Assembly (NCBI GenBank): GCA_934869045.1
Contig: CAKXAF010000002.1
Span: 1 to 37,539 of the forward strand
Direction: 5' to 3'
From: an uncultured Nitrososphaerota archaeon
Lineage (GTDB): Bacteria; Bacillota; Clostridia; Oscillospirales; Ruminococcaceae
DNA: 37,539 nt
Below the pieces are notes generated by a model. That model did no database searches. It was not told where the DNA came from and was given only the letters and a program-made list of their open reading frames with translations. The translations under genes and the position numbers were made by a program. Positions 1 through 7,446 of the stretch are shown piece after piece (position 1 is the first letter of the stretch; every line of letters begins with the position of its first letter).

Positions 1-1530
1 GCGTTCGAGTGGTTCTGCTGGGAGTAGATTCAGCGTGACTTCCCGACATCTCCCCTGCGTCTGTTCAAAGTCATCCTCAGTCTGAGAGATACAGTCCGTT
101 CCCCACAGATAGGTCGCGCATTCAAAGTGATGATAGAGGCTGCGGTAGTCCAGATTGATGGTGCCGACAACAGCCTCCCGGTCGTCACAGACAAAGACCT
201 TGGCATGTACGAAGCCGGGGGTGTATTCGTAGATCTTCACCCCGGATTCCAGCAGGGATCTGTAATGGGTCAGCGCAAGGGCAAAGGGGATGTACTTATC
301 TGGAACACCAGGCAGGATGATCCGCACATCAACACCGCGCTCGGCGGCATACTTGAGCGCATTTTCCAGCTCACCGTCCAAAATCAGATATGGCGTCATG
401 ATATGGACATACTTCTGGGCCCGGTTCAGCATATCCATGTAGACCTGTTCGCCCACCTTGTCCTTGTCCAAGGGGCAGTCTCCGTAAGGCATGACAAAAC
501 CGTTTGCAGCCTGCTGCTTTGCCGGTACATTCAGAAATGTGTCAAAATCCGGTGCCTTTTCATCCAAGTACCACATGTGCAGGAACATCCTGGTGAAGCT
601 GCGGGCTGCTTCGCCCTTTACCATCACGGCGGTGTCCTTCCAGTGACCGTACTTTTCATAGGCGTTGATGTATTCATCCGCCAGATTGATGCCGCCGTTG
701 AAGGCGGTCTCCCCGTCGATCACCAGGATCTTCCGGTGATCGCGGTAGTTATAATGGGTGGAGACAAAGGGCTTGATGGGGGCAAACATTTTGCTTTGAA
801 TGCCAAGAGATCGAAGCCGCCTGGGGTAGTCATGGGGCAGGGTAGACAGCTCACAGGTGCCGTCGTAGAGCATACGGACCTCCACGCCCTCTTTGGCCTT
901 CCGCGCCAGGATCTCCAGGATCTTGCCCCACATTTCCCCCTCATCCACGATGAAGTACTCCAGGAAGATGAACCGCTTTGCCTGCTCCAGCTGGATCAGC
1001 ATCTCCCGGAACTTGTCCTCGCCTAGTGGGAAATAGGTGACGGCAGTATGGTCATAGACCGGATAGCATCCACTGCGCTGAACATAGCGGGCAAGCGCCG
1101 CGGCTCCGGGGTCGGACTGCCCCAGGGCCTGAGCTGTCTCCGGGGACTGGACAAGGGTTTCCGCAGTTTCCGTATTCAATTCCGCATAGCGCTTTTTCAG
1201 AGCCCGGTGGCCAATGTTTTTCTGGGTGTAAAGAAACAGCAGGGCGCCGAACACCGGCAGGAGCATGACCACCACCAGCCACGTGATCTTGGCGGTGGGG
1301 TCCATAGCGCTGTTGAGCAGATACAGTACCATAAAAAACGTGAAGATTACAACGCCGCCGTAAATGTGGGGCAGGAAGGCCTCGAACCAGTGAAAGATGC
1401 TGAACAGGAACAGCACCTGCATGGCCAGCAGGACGAGGATCAATCCAGAGCGGCTGAAGATCACCCGGAAAATCCCCCGCTTGCCCTTTTCCAAAAGGTG
1501 TATCCCTGCTTTTTTGGAATTCTCTTTCAT
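1..1530 (-). CDS. cls: Cardiolipin synthase (phospholipase D superfamily), host gene; C-terminus lies beyond the left window edge
   Basis: Absent from the ORF track because there is no stop inside the window. Manual translation of the minus strand from ATG at 1530 gives MKENSKKAGIHLLEKGKRGIFRVIFSRSGLILVLLAMQVLFLF..., with hydrophobic N-terminal segments. Two HKD motifs lie in the same frame: YRDHRKILVIDGETAFNGGINL (His codon 736-738) and FVHAKVFVCDDREAVVGTINLDYRS (His codon 205-207). The frame stays open to position 1. Confidence 0.85.
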   Translation of the reverse strand, partial: MKENSKKAGIHLLEKGKRGIFRVIFSRSGLILVLLAMQVLFLFSIFHWFEAFLPHIYGGVVIFTFFMVLYLLNSAMDPTAKITWLVVVMLLPVFGALLFLYTQKNIGHRALKKRYAELNTETAETLVQSPETAQALGQSDPGAAALARYVQRSGCYPVYDHTAVTYFPLGEDKFREMLIQLEQAKRFIFLEYFIVDEGEMWGKILEILARKAKEGVEVRMLYDGTCELSTLPHDYPRRLRSLGIQSKMFAPIKPFVSTHYNYRDHRKILVIDGETAFNGGINLADEYINAYEKYGHWKDTAVMVKGEAARSFTRMFLHMWYLDEKAPDFDTFLNVPAKQQAANGFVMPYGDCPLDKDKVGEQVYMDMLNRAQKYVHIMTPYLILDGELENALKYAAERGVDVRIILPGVPDKYIPFALALTHYRSLLESGVKIYEYTPGFVHAKVFVCDDREAVVGTINLDYRSLYHHFECATYLWGTDCISQTEDDFEQTQGRCREVTLNLLPAEPLER

Positions 1531-1644
1531 AATAAGCCCTCTCTTTTGGAAATTACAAAAATTTCCGCAAACCTTATGCAACAGCAGTTCTTGACTTTTA
1601 TTTTAAAAACTCAAAATCCAGCAATATCAGGGCTCGAACGGTCG

Positions 1645-1690
1645 AGGTGTAGGAGTAGTCAAGAAATAACCGACTCTCCTACACCTTTTT
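1645..1690. terminator. Strong stem-loop at the prophage/host junction (15 bp stem, one bulge, 11-nt loop)
   Basis: AGGTGTAGGAGtAGTC (1645-1660) pairs with GACTCTCCTACACCT (1672-1686). TTTTT follows on the plus strand and AAAAA precedes it on the minus strand. It sits 7 nt downstream of the stop of minus-strand gene 1697-2182. The U-tract orientation fits a plus-strand terminator better, so the strand is left undefined. Confidence 0.45.
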
Positions 1691-1696
1691 CCGCTC

Positions 1697-2182
1697 TTAA
1701 TTGCGAGGAAAATCATCGCCCATTCGGGGCTGACTCTCCTGAAGGAAGTCCCGTTTTTTCAGCCGCTCCTTATAGACCTCCCGAATGTTCTCAATGGCCA
1801 GGACCGCCCGGTTATTCGGATAATCCTCATGTTCGTCGCAGTACCGCTCATACTCGTCGATTTTCACCAGCACCTCCACAAACTCCTCTTTTGTGTGATA
1901 AATAGGCCGGAGCAGTTCGTTGTTGAAGTGCAGAATTTGAGCCCGGCAACTGTCAGCGGTGCGGCGGCCATCCATCTCGATATGTTCGTCCAGTTTCGCT
2001 CCGATTTCATCGAGTCTGCCGGATATGTCGGCGTTGATCGCTTTCCCAATGGCTTTAGCCAATGCCGACCACGGATTGATTTTGATGGGGGCGATCTGTA
2101 CCAGGGTCATCAGAATCAGGAGCAAACCGCTCCCGCTCAGCAGAATTTCTTTGATAGTCAAGATGTAACTCCTCTCCGCCAT
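1697..2182 (-). CDS. Membrane-anchored phage protein of unknown function (N-terminal TM helix, helical acidic C-terminal domain)
   Basis: 161-aa ORF. A hydrophobic segment ILLSGSGLLLILMTLVQIAPI is followed by KINPWSALAKAIGKAIN. It is the last gene before the host junction. The start is uncertain: ATG 2182 has no SD, while in-frame TTG at 2161 is preceded by GGAGAGGAG. Confidence 0.6.
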   Translation of the reverse strand: MAERSYILTIKEILLSGSGLLLILMTLVQIAPIKINPWSALAKAIGKAINADISGRLDEIGAKLDEHIEMDGRRTADSCRAQILHFNNELLRPIYHTKEEFVEVLVKIDEYERYCDEHEDYPNNRAVLAIENIREVYKERLKKRDFLQESQPRMGDDFPRN

Positions 2183-2190
2183 GTCGCGGA

Positions 2191-2676
2191 TCAGGCGCCC
2201 ATGACTTCCTCAATCGTGCCAAGATCCGTCCACTTCACATTGATCATCCCCGGCTCCCACACATTGTTGTCCTGCCCAGATCGCCACACATGGCCGTTGT
2301 GGGTGCAACAATTTCCCGTCATGTACGGGCTCGTGGACATGGCGACGAAGGGGAGGGCCTTCTTAGGATCATCCGACCAGTAGAACCCCCACTGGGCGGG
2401 CAGTTCCTCCGGCTCCTGGGGGTAGGTGTCGCTGTTGTAGTTTTGGATAAGGCGCACAATACGCCCAGCCGAAGATCGGCACAGGAACCCGTCCGTCTTG
2501 CCGGCCTTGCGCTCCAGCATGTTCTTCTTGGCGACCGCGGCGGAGAAGTCGGGAATATAATCCTCTTTCTCGTACAGTTCGGTGCCCGTCATGCCCTCGG
2601 AAGTCTCCTGCAAATCCTGGGCCCGGCGCATGCCGTATTCCCGCATAGTGATCAGCACAAACTCCTTGTCAGTCAA
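2191..2676 (-). CDS. Phage protein with a possible C-terminal carbohydrate-binding (CBM5/12-like) motif
   Basis: 161-aa ORF with a TTG start 9 nt after GGAAGGAG, overlapping the upstream stop (GTTGACTGA). The C-terminus YMTGNCCTHNGHVWRSGQDNNVWEPGMINVKWTDLG resembles the aromatic Y..G..v..nG.vw.s...N.W.P pattern of small chitin/carbohydrate-binding modules seen in phage tail accessory proteins. This is recognition by eye only. Confidence 0.55.
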   Translation of the reverse strand: MTDKEFVLITMREYGMRRAQDLQETSEGMTGTELYEKEDYIPDFSAAVAKKNMLERKAGKTDGFLCRSSAGRIVRLIQNYNSDTYPQEPEELPAQWGFYWSDDPKKALPFVAMSTSPYMTGNCCTHNGHVWRSGQDNNVWEPGMINVKWTDLGTIEEVMGA

Positions 2677-2998
2677 CTCCGTTCACTCCTTCCCGAATCG
2701 CATTGGCCAGTTCCACATAGGATGCCAGCTCTTTCTGAGCACGATACCGAGCCTCGTTGCTGAGGTCGATCTCATTGTCCATGCCTTTCTTCAGGAACTC
2801 CTCATAGTTGTCCCGGACATTCTGGACAATGCCGTCCCAGGTTTCCACCTCCACATGGTACTCGTCGTACTCATATCCGGCGAACTCCTCGGTCTCTGCC
2901 GGTTTCACATTTTGAAACAGCCGCACAAGGCTTCGGTTGGTTCCCGGGATCTGCTCCACGGTAAACTTCCCCGGATCGACCATTCCCTGTACTTTCAT
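2669..2998 (-). CDS. Small acidic phage protein, unknown function
   Basis: The track ORF 2669-3136 is trimmed to the internal ATG at 2998 (MKVQGMVDPGKF...). That ATG is preceded by AAAGGAG at 9 nt, and this start avoids overlap with the RT gene ending at 3013. Length is 109 aa. Confidence 0.6.
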   Translation of the reverse strand: MKVQGMVDPGKFTVEQIPGTNRSLVRLFQNVKPAETEEFAGYEYDEYHVEVETWDGIVQNVRDNYEEFLKKGMDNEIDLSNEARYRAQKELASYVELANAIREGVNGVD

Positions 2999-3012
2999 AG
3001 GTGCCACTCCTT

Positions 3013-4188
3013 TCAGGCCGCCCGATAAGGCGGATATAATCGTTGCAGCCGCCGACATTCCCTTCGGACGACTTTCTTGAGATTGAACATGGTATTCGGC
3101 TGGTAATACCGTTCCAATATTCGCTGACTGTTGCACTTGCGGAGCTGCCCCAGTCTTGAGATCAGTCCGGACGCCCTCTTGAACGAGATGACCCGGTTCC
3201 GGTCTCTCCGATGGTAGTAGATGTGCAGCGCCCGCTTGAGCCGAAACAGGTTGTGCTTTCGGAGGATCGTGTACCCATGCCCGAAACGATAGCCCAAGGC
3301 AGACGGAATTCTTGGCCGGCGGTGCCGCTGCTTTTTCTCAGGCAGGGCGTCGTGGACTTTCTCCACTCTCGGCGTAAAACCAACCCGGAAGATCTGCCAA
3401 TTTCCCTTCAACCGCAAGCCCACCTCGGCCAACCATGCCCGGATGTCCTCCAGCAGCCGCCTCAGCTTCCGCTTATTGGAGCTGAAGATGGTGAAGTTAT
3501 CCATCTGCCGCAGATAGTGGCTCACGCCATATTGCTTTTGGTGAATCATCAGATCCAGCGGCTGGAGCAGCAGATGCAGGAACCATGCGGAGAAGAACGC
3601 GCCGATCAGGACTCCATACTCCATCAGCGCGTCGTACAGCCAGAGCGTTTCCCGGTCCTTGAACAGACGTTTCAGCGCATGGATGACATACGGCGGGTCC
3701 ACCTCCACAAAGCAGTGGTGAATATCGCACTCCGCGCAGTATTGGGTGCCCACAGGGTCGTTCTTCATCCATTTCTTCAAAACCTTTACGCCATAGGAGT
3801 TGCCGCGCCCCGGCACGCTTGCGATGCAATACTTGTCCATGCTCCGCCTGATATGTGGAATCATGGGCTGCACCACCGCATGGTGGACATACTGGTCCGG
3901 CCACAAAAGCGGCTCATTGATATCCCGCCATTTCCCTTTGCCGCTATCCGCGTTCCGGTCCCATTTCCGCCGTTGCAGGGGTTTATGCATATGCTCGTCC
4001 CCGGTCACCAGGTCTTCGATGAACTTGCGAAGTTTCTTCACATATTCATCCTTGTTGGCCTCGATCTCCATGACCTTCTTATTCAGCGTGTGGTCGCCGT
4101 TGCGCCGGTGTCCCCGGTTGACCTCATCGATTGCCAAATAAAGATTTTCATCGGAAATGATTTGTTGGTAAATTCTAACTCGTTTCAT
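3013..4188 (-). CDS. Reverse transcriptase of a diversity-generating retroelement (atypical catalytic box)
   Basis: RT motifs are readable in the translation: WPDQYVHHAVVQPMIPHI (motif 2-like), VPGRGNSYGV, CDIHHCFVEVD (motif A Asp), GVLIGAFFSAWFLHLLLQPLD (motif B), YLRQMDNFTIFS (motif C position), GLRLKGNWQIF (D) and LGYRFGHGYTILR (E). The gene lies 221 nt downstream of the template repeat. Start is taken as ATG 4188 (AAGGAGG 13 nt upstream); the track start at 4218 is a GTG. Confidence 0.85.
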   Translation of the reverse strand: MKRVRIYQQIISDENLYLAIDEVNRGHRRNGDHTLNKKVMEIEANKDEYVKKLRKFIEDLVTGDEHMHKPLQRRKWDRNADSGKGKWRDINEPLLWPDQYVHHAVVQPMIPHIRRSMDKYCIASVPGRGNSYGVKVLKKWMKNDPVGTQYCAECDIHHCFVEVDPPYVIHALKRLFKDRETLWLYDALMEYGVLIGAFFSAWFLHLLLQPLDLMIHQKQYGVSHYLRQMDNFTIFSSNKRKLRRLLEDIRAWLAEVGLRLKGNWQIFRVGFTPRVEKVHDALPEKKQRHRRPRIPSALGYRFGHGYTILRKHNLFRLKRALHIYYHRRDRNRVISFKRASGLISRLGQLRKCNSQRILERYYQPNTMFNLKKVVRRECRRLQRLYPPYRAA

Positions 4189-4409
4189 CAGGGATAGTGT
4201 TCCTCCTTGTAGCCTCACAACTGTTCCATCGCCGCGGGTGGTTCCGGGGCGGGACCCGGCCCGAAGTGTACTAAGCTGTGTCCTGACGGCTCATCTTCAG
4301 CAAGTGCTGCGCGGTCAACGATGCGTAATAGAAAGGGTGAGGAACCCTGACTACCAAAAGGAGGTTTAGCCATACCCGACAGGCCCTTCGACCTGCGTCT
4401 GCTTCAAGA

Positions 4410-4551
4410 AGGCGACAGCCGATGTTGGAGTTGGAGTTCGACGTGTTGTTGTAGTTCACGTAGAAAGGTCCGTGATTCTGGTTCTGGTTATAGTTACCGC
4501 CATGGTGCAGGCACGGGTTACCACCGTTGAAATTCCAGTTATCCGGGACAT
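4410..4551 (-). repeat. DGR template repeat (TR), non-coding
   Basis: 142 bp aligning with 4736-4877 at a constant offset of 326 (124/142 identical). In the VR frame it reads DNWNFNGGNPCLHHGGNYNQNQNHGPFYVNYNNTSNSNSNIGCRL, which is rich in AAC Asn codons as expected for a TR. Confidence 0.9.
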
Positions 4552-4629
4552 CGTCTGCTGCAAAGTTGACCCCGCGCTTTCCCCTTACCAAAGGAAAAGC
4601 GGTTTATAAGAGCGAAATCGCTCCATTTT

Positions 4630-4689
4630 GAAATTAAGAAACAGCGGAGGTTGGGGGAAGGGACTGCGGTCCCCTCACCCCAAACCCCC
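4630..4689 (-). terminator. Candidate intrinsic terminator after the DGR target gene
   Basis: A long imperfect GC-rich hairpin spans 4646-4689 (about 18 pairs, CGCA loop on the minus strand). On the minus strand it is followed by GCTGTTTCTTAATTTC. It starts 19 nt after the stop at 4708. Confidence 0.5.
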
Positions 4690-4707
4690 TCCTCGCCAGG
4701 GGAATGG

Positions 4708-7446
4708 TCACGCCGCCTTCGGCGGGCGCTCCTGGAGGCGACAGCCGATGCTGGAGTTGGAGTTCGACGCGTTGCCGCAGTACACGTAGAAAAGCCCGTG
4801 ACTCCGGTTCTGGTAATAGTAACCGCCATGGTACAGGCACGGGTAACCACCGCTGAAATACCAGACATCCGGGACATAGGTAGTCGTACTGCCAGAAGAT
4901 TCGGTGGGGTAGAGCGCCCACTCCAGACCGCTTTGAGTCGGGATAGTGAAATTGCTGGGGTAACCGGCGGTCGGCTTGCCCACCAGGACCCCGTTGGCGC
5001 TGTCGCTGAACTGGTTGGGATTCTTGATGACGTTCAGGCCGCTGCTGTTGTAATAGCACCCGTCCATCCAGTCGTACACGTTGTCCCACCAGCCCTCAAT
5101 GTTCCGGTACTGGCAGAATCCGTAGGAATCCCGGCTGGCCGCCGTGGTTCCCGTGTGGTACTGCATGGCGTCCGTCTTGCCGTTGTTCTCCTCGGAGCCG
5201 CTGGCCGAACAGCCCAGGCCGATGCGCTCGCCGTTCCAGTCTGCAAACTCCACCAGGAACAGCATGTTCACATACCAGAACTGGGCAAAGTCCATCTGCC
5301 AGATGTTCGTCCCCAGATTGTGGATATTGGTGCGGGCAATGGAACGGGTGATGTTGACCATCTGCGCCTGATTGGTCTCCGATTTCCAGTTGGAGCCGCA
5401 GTGGTACCGGCCGATGTAGGAGTGATCCAGCTCGCCCAAGCCATCGCCCCGATCCATATTCACAGGGTCCACATGGAACCCCTCAACAGGGCCGTCCGCG
5501 ATTTGCAGCTTCAACTTCTTCCCCGTCTTGGTCCACTTGAACCAATACTTGGGCTCCTTCACCATCACACCACCGGTCCGGGTAACCTTGGTCATGTCCC
5601 TCCACGGGTACAGGTTGTCAAATGGAGAGGAGCCGGAGCCATTATTCACTGCCGGATTGGGGTCGCCGAACCCGGTCGCCCCGTCCGTGCGCTTTCCCTT
5701 GGTGGAGCCGCTGCTGGTCCAATCCCACTCCACGCCGTAGATGGTGACGAACTGAGCCTTGACCTGTACCTGCTTGTCCGCGCCGGCCAGATAGTTGCCC
5801 CCCTCTGCCACCTTGACGGTAATTGTGGTGGTGCCTGTGGTGTCCTTTACACTGTTCACCGTCACCTCCCCCGTGATCTGATTGACGTTGCTCACGGTAG
5901 CCACACTCTGATTGTTGGAGATGGCGGAGATCACACCGTCCCCTTTCCGGGTCACCGTGAATTTGGCGCTTCGGGCGCTGGTGTTCAGGGTCACAGCCGC
6001 GGGGTTTACCGTCACCACCTGATCGCCCTTGGCGATGGACCAGGTCGCGGTCTTGCCGCCCACTTCGCCGTCCCACCACTGATGGTTGGAGTCCGGTGTA
6101 AAGGTGGCGGTGTATCCCGTCCCGGCGTTGATTTGGGGCTCCACCGAAACAGTCATCTTATTGCTGTCATAGTTGCTGTCCCAGGACGGGGTCTTGGGGT
6201 TGCCGTCGTACTTCGGCACGCTGCTCTGCTTTGGCACCGCCGCCAGGCTGGCCCGGCCAATGGTCCAGTTTACCGTCTTCTTCCCGGTGGTGCCGTCCGA
6301 CCACATGCCTTTCAGCAGGGTAAAGGTGGCGGTATGGGTGCCCGCGTTGGTCTGGGGTGTCACCGATACCGAGGAATTCTCCTGGTCAAAGTTGTCCCAC
6401 TCTGGCGTCTGCGGCGCGCCCGTATAAACGGGAGAGCCCTTCTGCACCGGGATGGGTACGATGACGCTGGTGATGGTCCAGATGACCTCCTTGGCCCCGG
6501 TGGAGCCGTCCCACCACTTGTAGTTGGGCGTGGGGGTAAAGGTGGCGGTATAGTCCTTGGCCTCTGTGCCGAACCGCTCTCCGCCGATGGTCAGCTTGCT
6601 GGTGTCATAGTTGTCCCAGGTGGGGGACTGGGGCTTTCCATTGGCCGCCAGCGCATTGCTCTGCTTCGGCGGCGAAGCGATGACCGCCCGGTCGATGACC
6701 CAGCTTACGGTCGCCTCATTCTGCCCTCCGGGGAATACATAGCCATAGTCCAGAACAAACTTGGCGGAATAGGTGCCTGCATTGACGCCATTGGTTTCTC
6801 CGGAAATGGTCATCTTTCCGGTGTCATATCCGGTCCACGCCGGCGTCTTGGTCTCTCCGTCATAGGTCAGAACTCCATTTTGAACCGGGACGGCCACCTC
6901 GATGGGGTTCACCGTCACCGTCAGGCTTGCGGTCTTGGTCACGCCCTCGTAGGCGTACTGGATCTGCACTGCCTGCTGCCCCAGTGCGGAGAACGCGTCC
7001 GGGGAGTGGGTGTATCCGGAGACTTCCTCCGAGGATTCGTCCGAATAAGTGGCTGTGACCACCATTCCGGCCGGATCAAAGGTCTCCAGATACTGGTATG
7101 TCATCTTTGTCGGGTTTGCCGTGATGGCGATGGACACCAGCACCTTCTTCACTGTCACGGGTACGCTGGCCGTCTTGGTGATCCGCCCCTCCGTGTAAGT
7201 AATGGTCACCTCCGTGACCCCATCCGTCAGAACCTGAGGCGAAACGGTGTAGCCGGTCACGTCTGAAGTAAGACCGTACCCATAGCCCGCCGTGACCACC
7301 ATGCCGGTCGGGTCAAAGGACTCCCCGGACTTATAGATTGTCTTGTTGGGCTGCTTGGTAATTGCCAGGGTCTCCAGCTTCAGAGCGCCGCCGCCACCGT
7401 TGCCGCCGGTCATGTTGAAAACCTTGCCGACGTTAGCGTTACTCAT
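4708..7446 (-). CDS. DGR target: tail fibre / receptor-binding protein with Ig-like repeats and a C-terminal C-type-lectin/FGE-like variable domain
   Basis: 912-aa ORF whose ATG overlaps the upstream stop (ATGAGTAA). It has two ~79-aa Ig-like repeats (..KQPNKTIYKSGESFDPTGMVVTAGY.. and ..NPTKMTYQYLETFDPAGMVVTATY..), four ~70-aa repeats, and a Big_2-like segment. The C-terminus ..WYFSGGYPCLYHGGYYYQNRSHGLFYVYCGNASNSNSSIGCRLQ is typical of DGR variable proteins. Confidence 0.85.
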   Translation of the reverse strand: MSNANVGKVFNMTGGNGGGGALKLETLAITKQPNKTIYKSGESFDPTGMVVTAGYGYGLTSDVTGYTVSPQVLTDGVTEVTITYTEGRITKTASVPVTVKKVLVSIAITANPTKMTYQYLETFDPAGMVVTATYSDESSEEVSGYTHSPDAFSALGQQAVQIQYAYEGVTKTASLTVTVNPIEVAVPVQNGVLTYDGETKTPAWTGYDTGKMTISGETNGVNAGTYSAKFVLDYGYVFPGGQNEATVSWVIDRAVIASPPKQSNALAANGKPQSPTWDNYDTSKLTIGGERFGTEAKDYTATFTPTPNYKWWDGSTGAKEVIWTITSVIVPIPVQKGSPVYTGAPQTPEWDNFDQENSSVSVTPQTNAGTHTATFTLLKGMWSDGTTGKKTVNWTIGRASLAAVPKQSSVPKYDGNPKTPSWDSNYDSNKMTVSVEPQINAGTGYTATFTPDSNHQWWDGEVGGKTATWSIAKGDQVVTVNPAAVTLNTSARSAKFTVTRKGDGVISAISNNQSVATVSNVNQITGEVTVNSVKDTTGTTTITVKVAEGGNYLAGADKQVQVKAQFVTIYGVEWDWTSSGSTKGKRTDGATGFGDPNPAVNNGSGSSPFDNLYPWRDMTKVTRTGGVMVKEPKYWFKWTKTGKKLKLQIADGPVEGFHVDPVNMDRGDGLGELDHSYIGRYHCGSNWKSETNQAQMVNITRSIARTNIHNLGTNIWQMDFAQFWYVNMLFLVEFADWNGERIGLGCSASGSEENNGKTDAMQYHTGTTAASRDSYGFCQYRNIEGWWDNVYDWMDGCYYNSSGLNVIKNPNQFSDSANGVLVGKPTAGYPSNFTIPTQSGLEWALYPTESSGSTTTYVPDVWYFSGGYPCLYHGGYYYQNRSHGLFYVYCGNASNSNSSIGCRLQERPPKAA
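4736..4877 (-). repeat. DGR variable repeat (VR) at the 3' end of the 912-aa fibre gene
   Basis: Partner of the TR. There are 18 mismatches, and 16 of them fall where the TR has A on the coding strand (10 A>G, 6 A>T). The VR ends 28 nt before the stop codon of ORF 4708-7446. Confidence 0.9.
6028..6894 (-). repeat. Four in-frame tandem ~70-73-aa repeats inside the DGR target
   Basis: Residues ~185-473 carry units such as VPVQNGVLTYDGETKTPAWTGYDTGKMTISGETNGVNAGTYSAKF.., PPKQSNALAANGKPQSPTWDNYDTSKLTIGGERFGTEAKDYTATF.., IPVQKGSPVYTGAPQTPEWDNFDQENSSVSVTPQTNAGTHTATF.. and VPKQSSVPKYDGNPKTPSWDSNYDSNKMTVSVEPQINAGTGYTATF.. Confidence 0.75.

Noticed and set aside
1625-1660. GTTCGAGCC-like sequence on the minus strand as a tRNA 3' fragment marking an att site.
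   Set aside because: The flanks do not form a T-arm or acceptor stem and there is no CCA context. The segment is just a 5-bp palindrome (CTCGA/TCGAG).
2669-3136. Full-length 155-aa version of ORF 2669-3136, overlapping the RT 3' end, and its possible role as Avd.
   Set aside because: The internal ATG at 2998 has a good SD and removes the 124-nt overlap with the RT. The protein is acidic with beta-like segments, not an Avd-type basic four-helix bundle.
4271-4877. Minus-strand ORFs 4271-4591 (106 aa) and 4539-4877 (112 aa) as possible DGR accessory (Avd) genes.
   Set aside because: The first is simply the template repeat read in the VR frame plus flanking spacer. The second is an alternative frame across the VR and the 3' end of the fibre gene. 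Neither has an SD or an Avd-like helical basic sequence.
4651-7266. Very long plus-strand ORFs: 4651-7266 (871 aa). Also 127-1026, 1048-1905, 7946-9478, 9438-10454, 11087-12568, 12677-13633, 14971-16449, 17254-18498, 18692-19735, 19781-21367, 24730-25593, 27156-28259, 29110-30939 and 35604-36836.
   Set aside because: All lie antisense to minus-strand ORFs with recognisable phage or host protein families. Their translations are Gly/Arg/Pro/Val/His/Leu-rich low complexity with no motifs or SD sequences. Long open antisense frames are expected in ~60% GC coding DNA.
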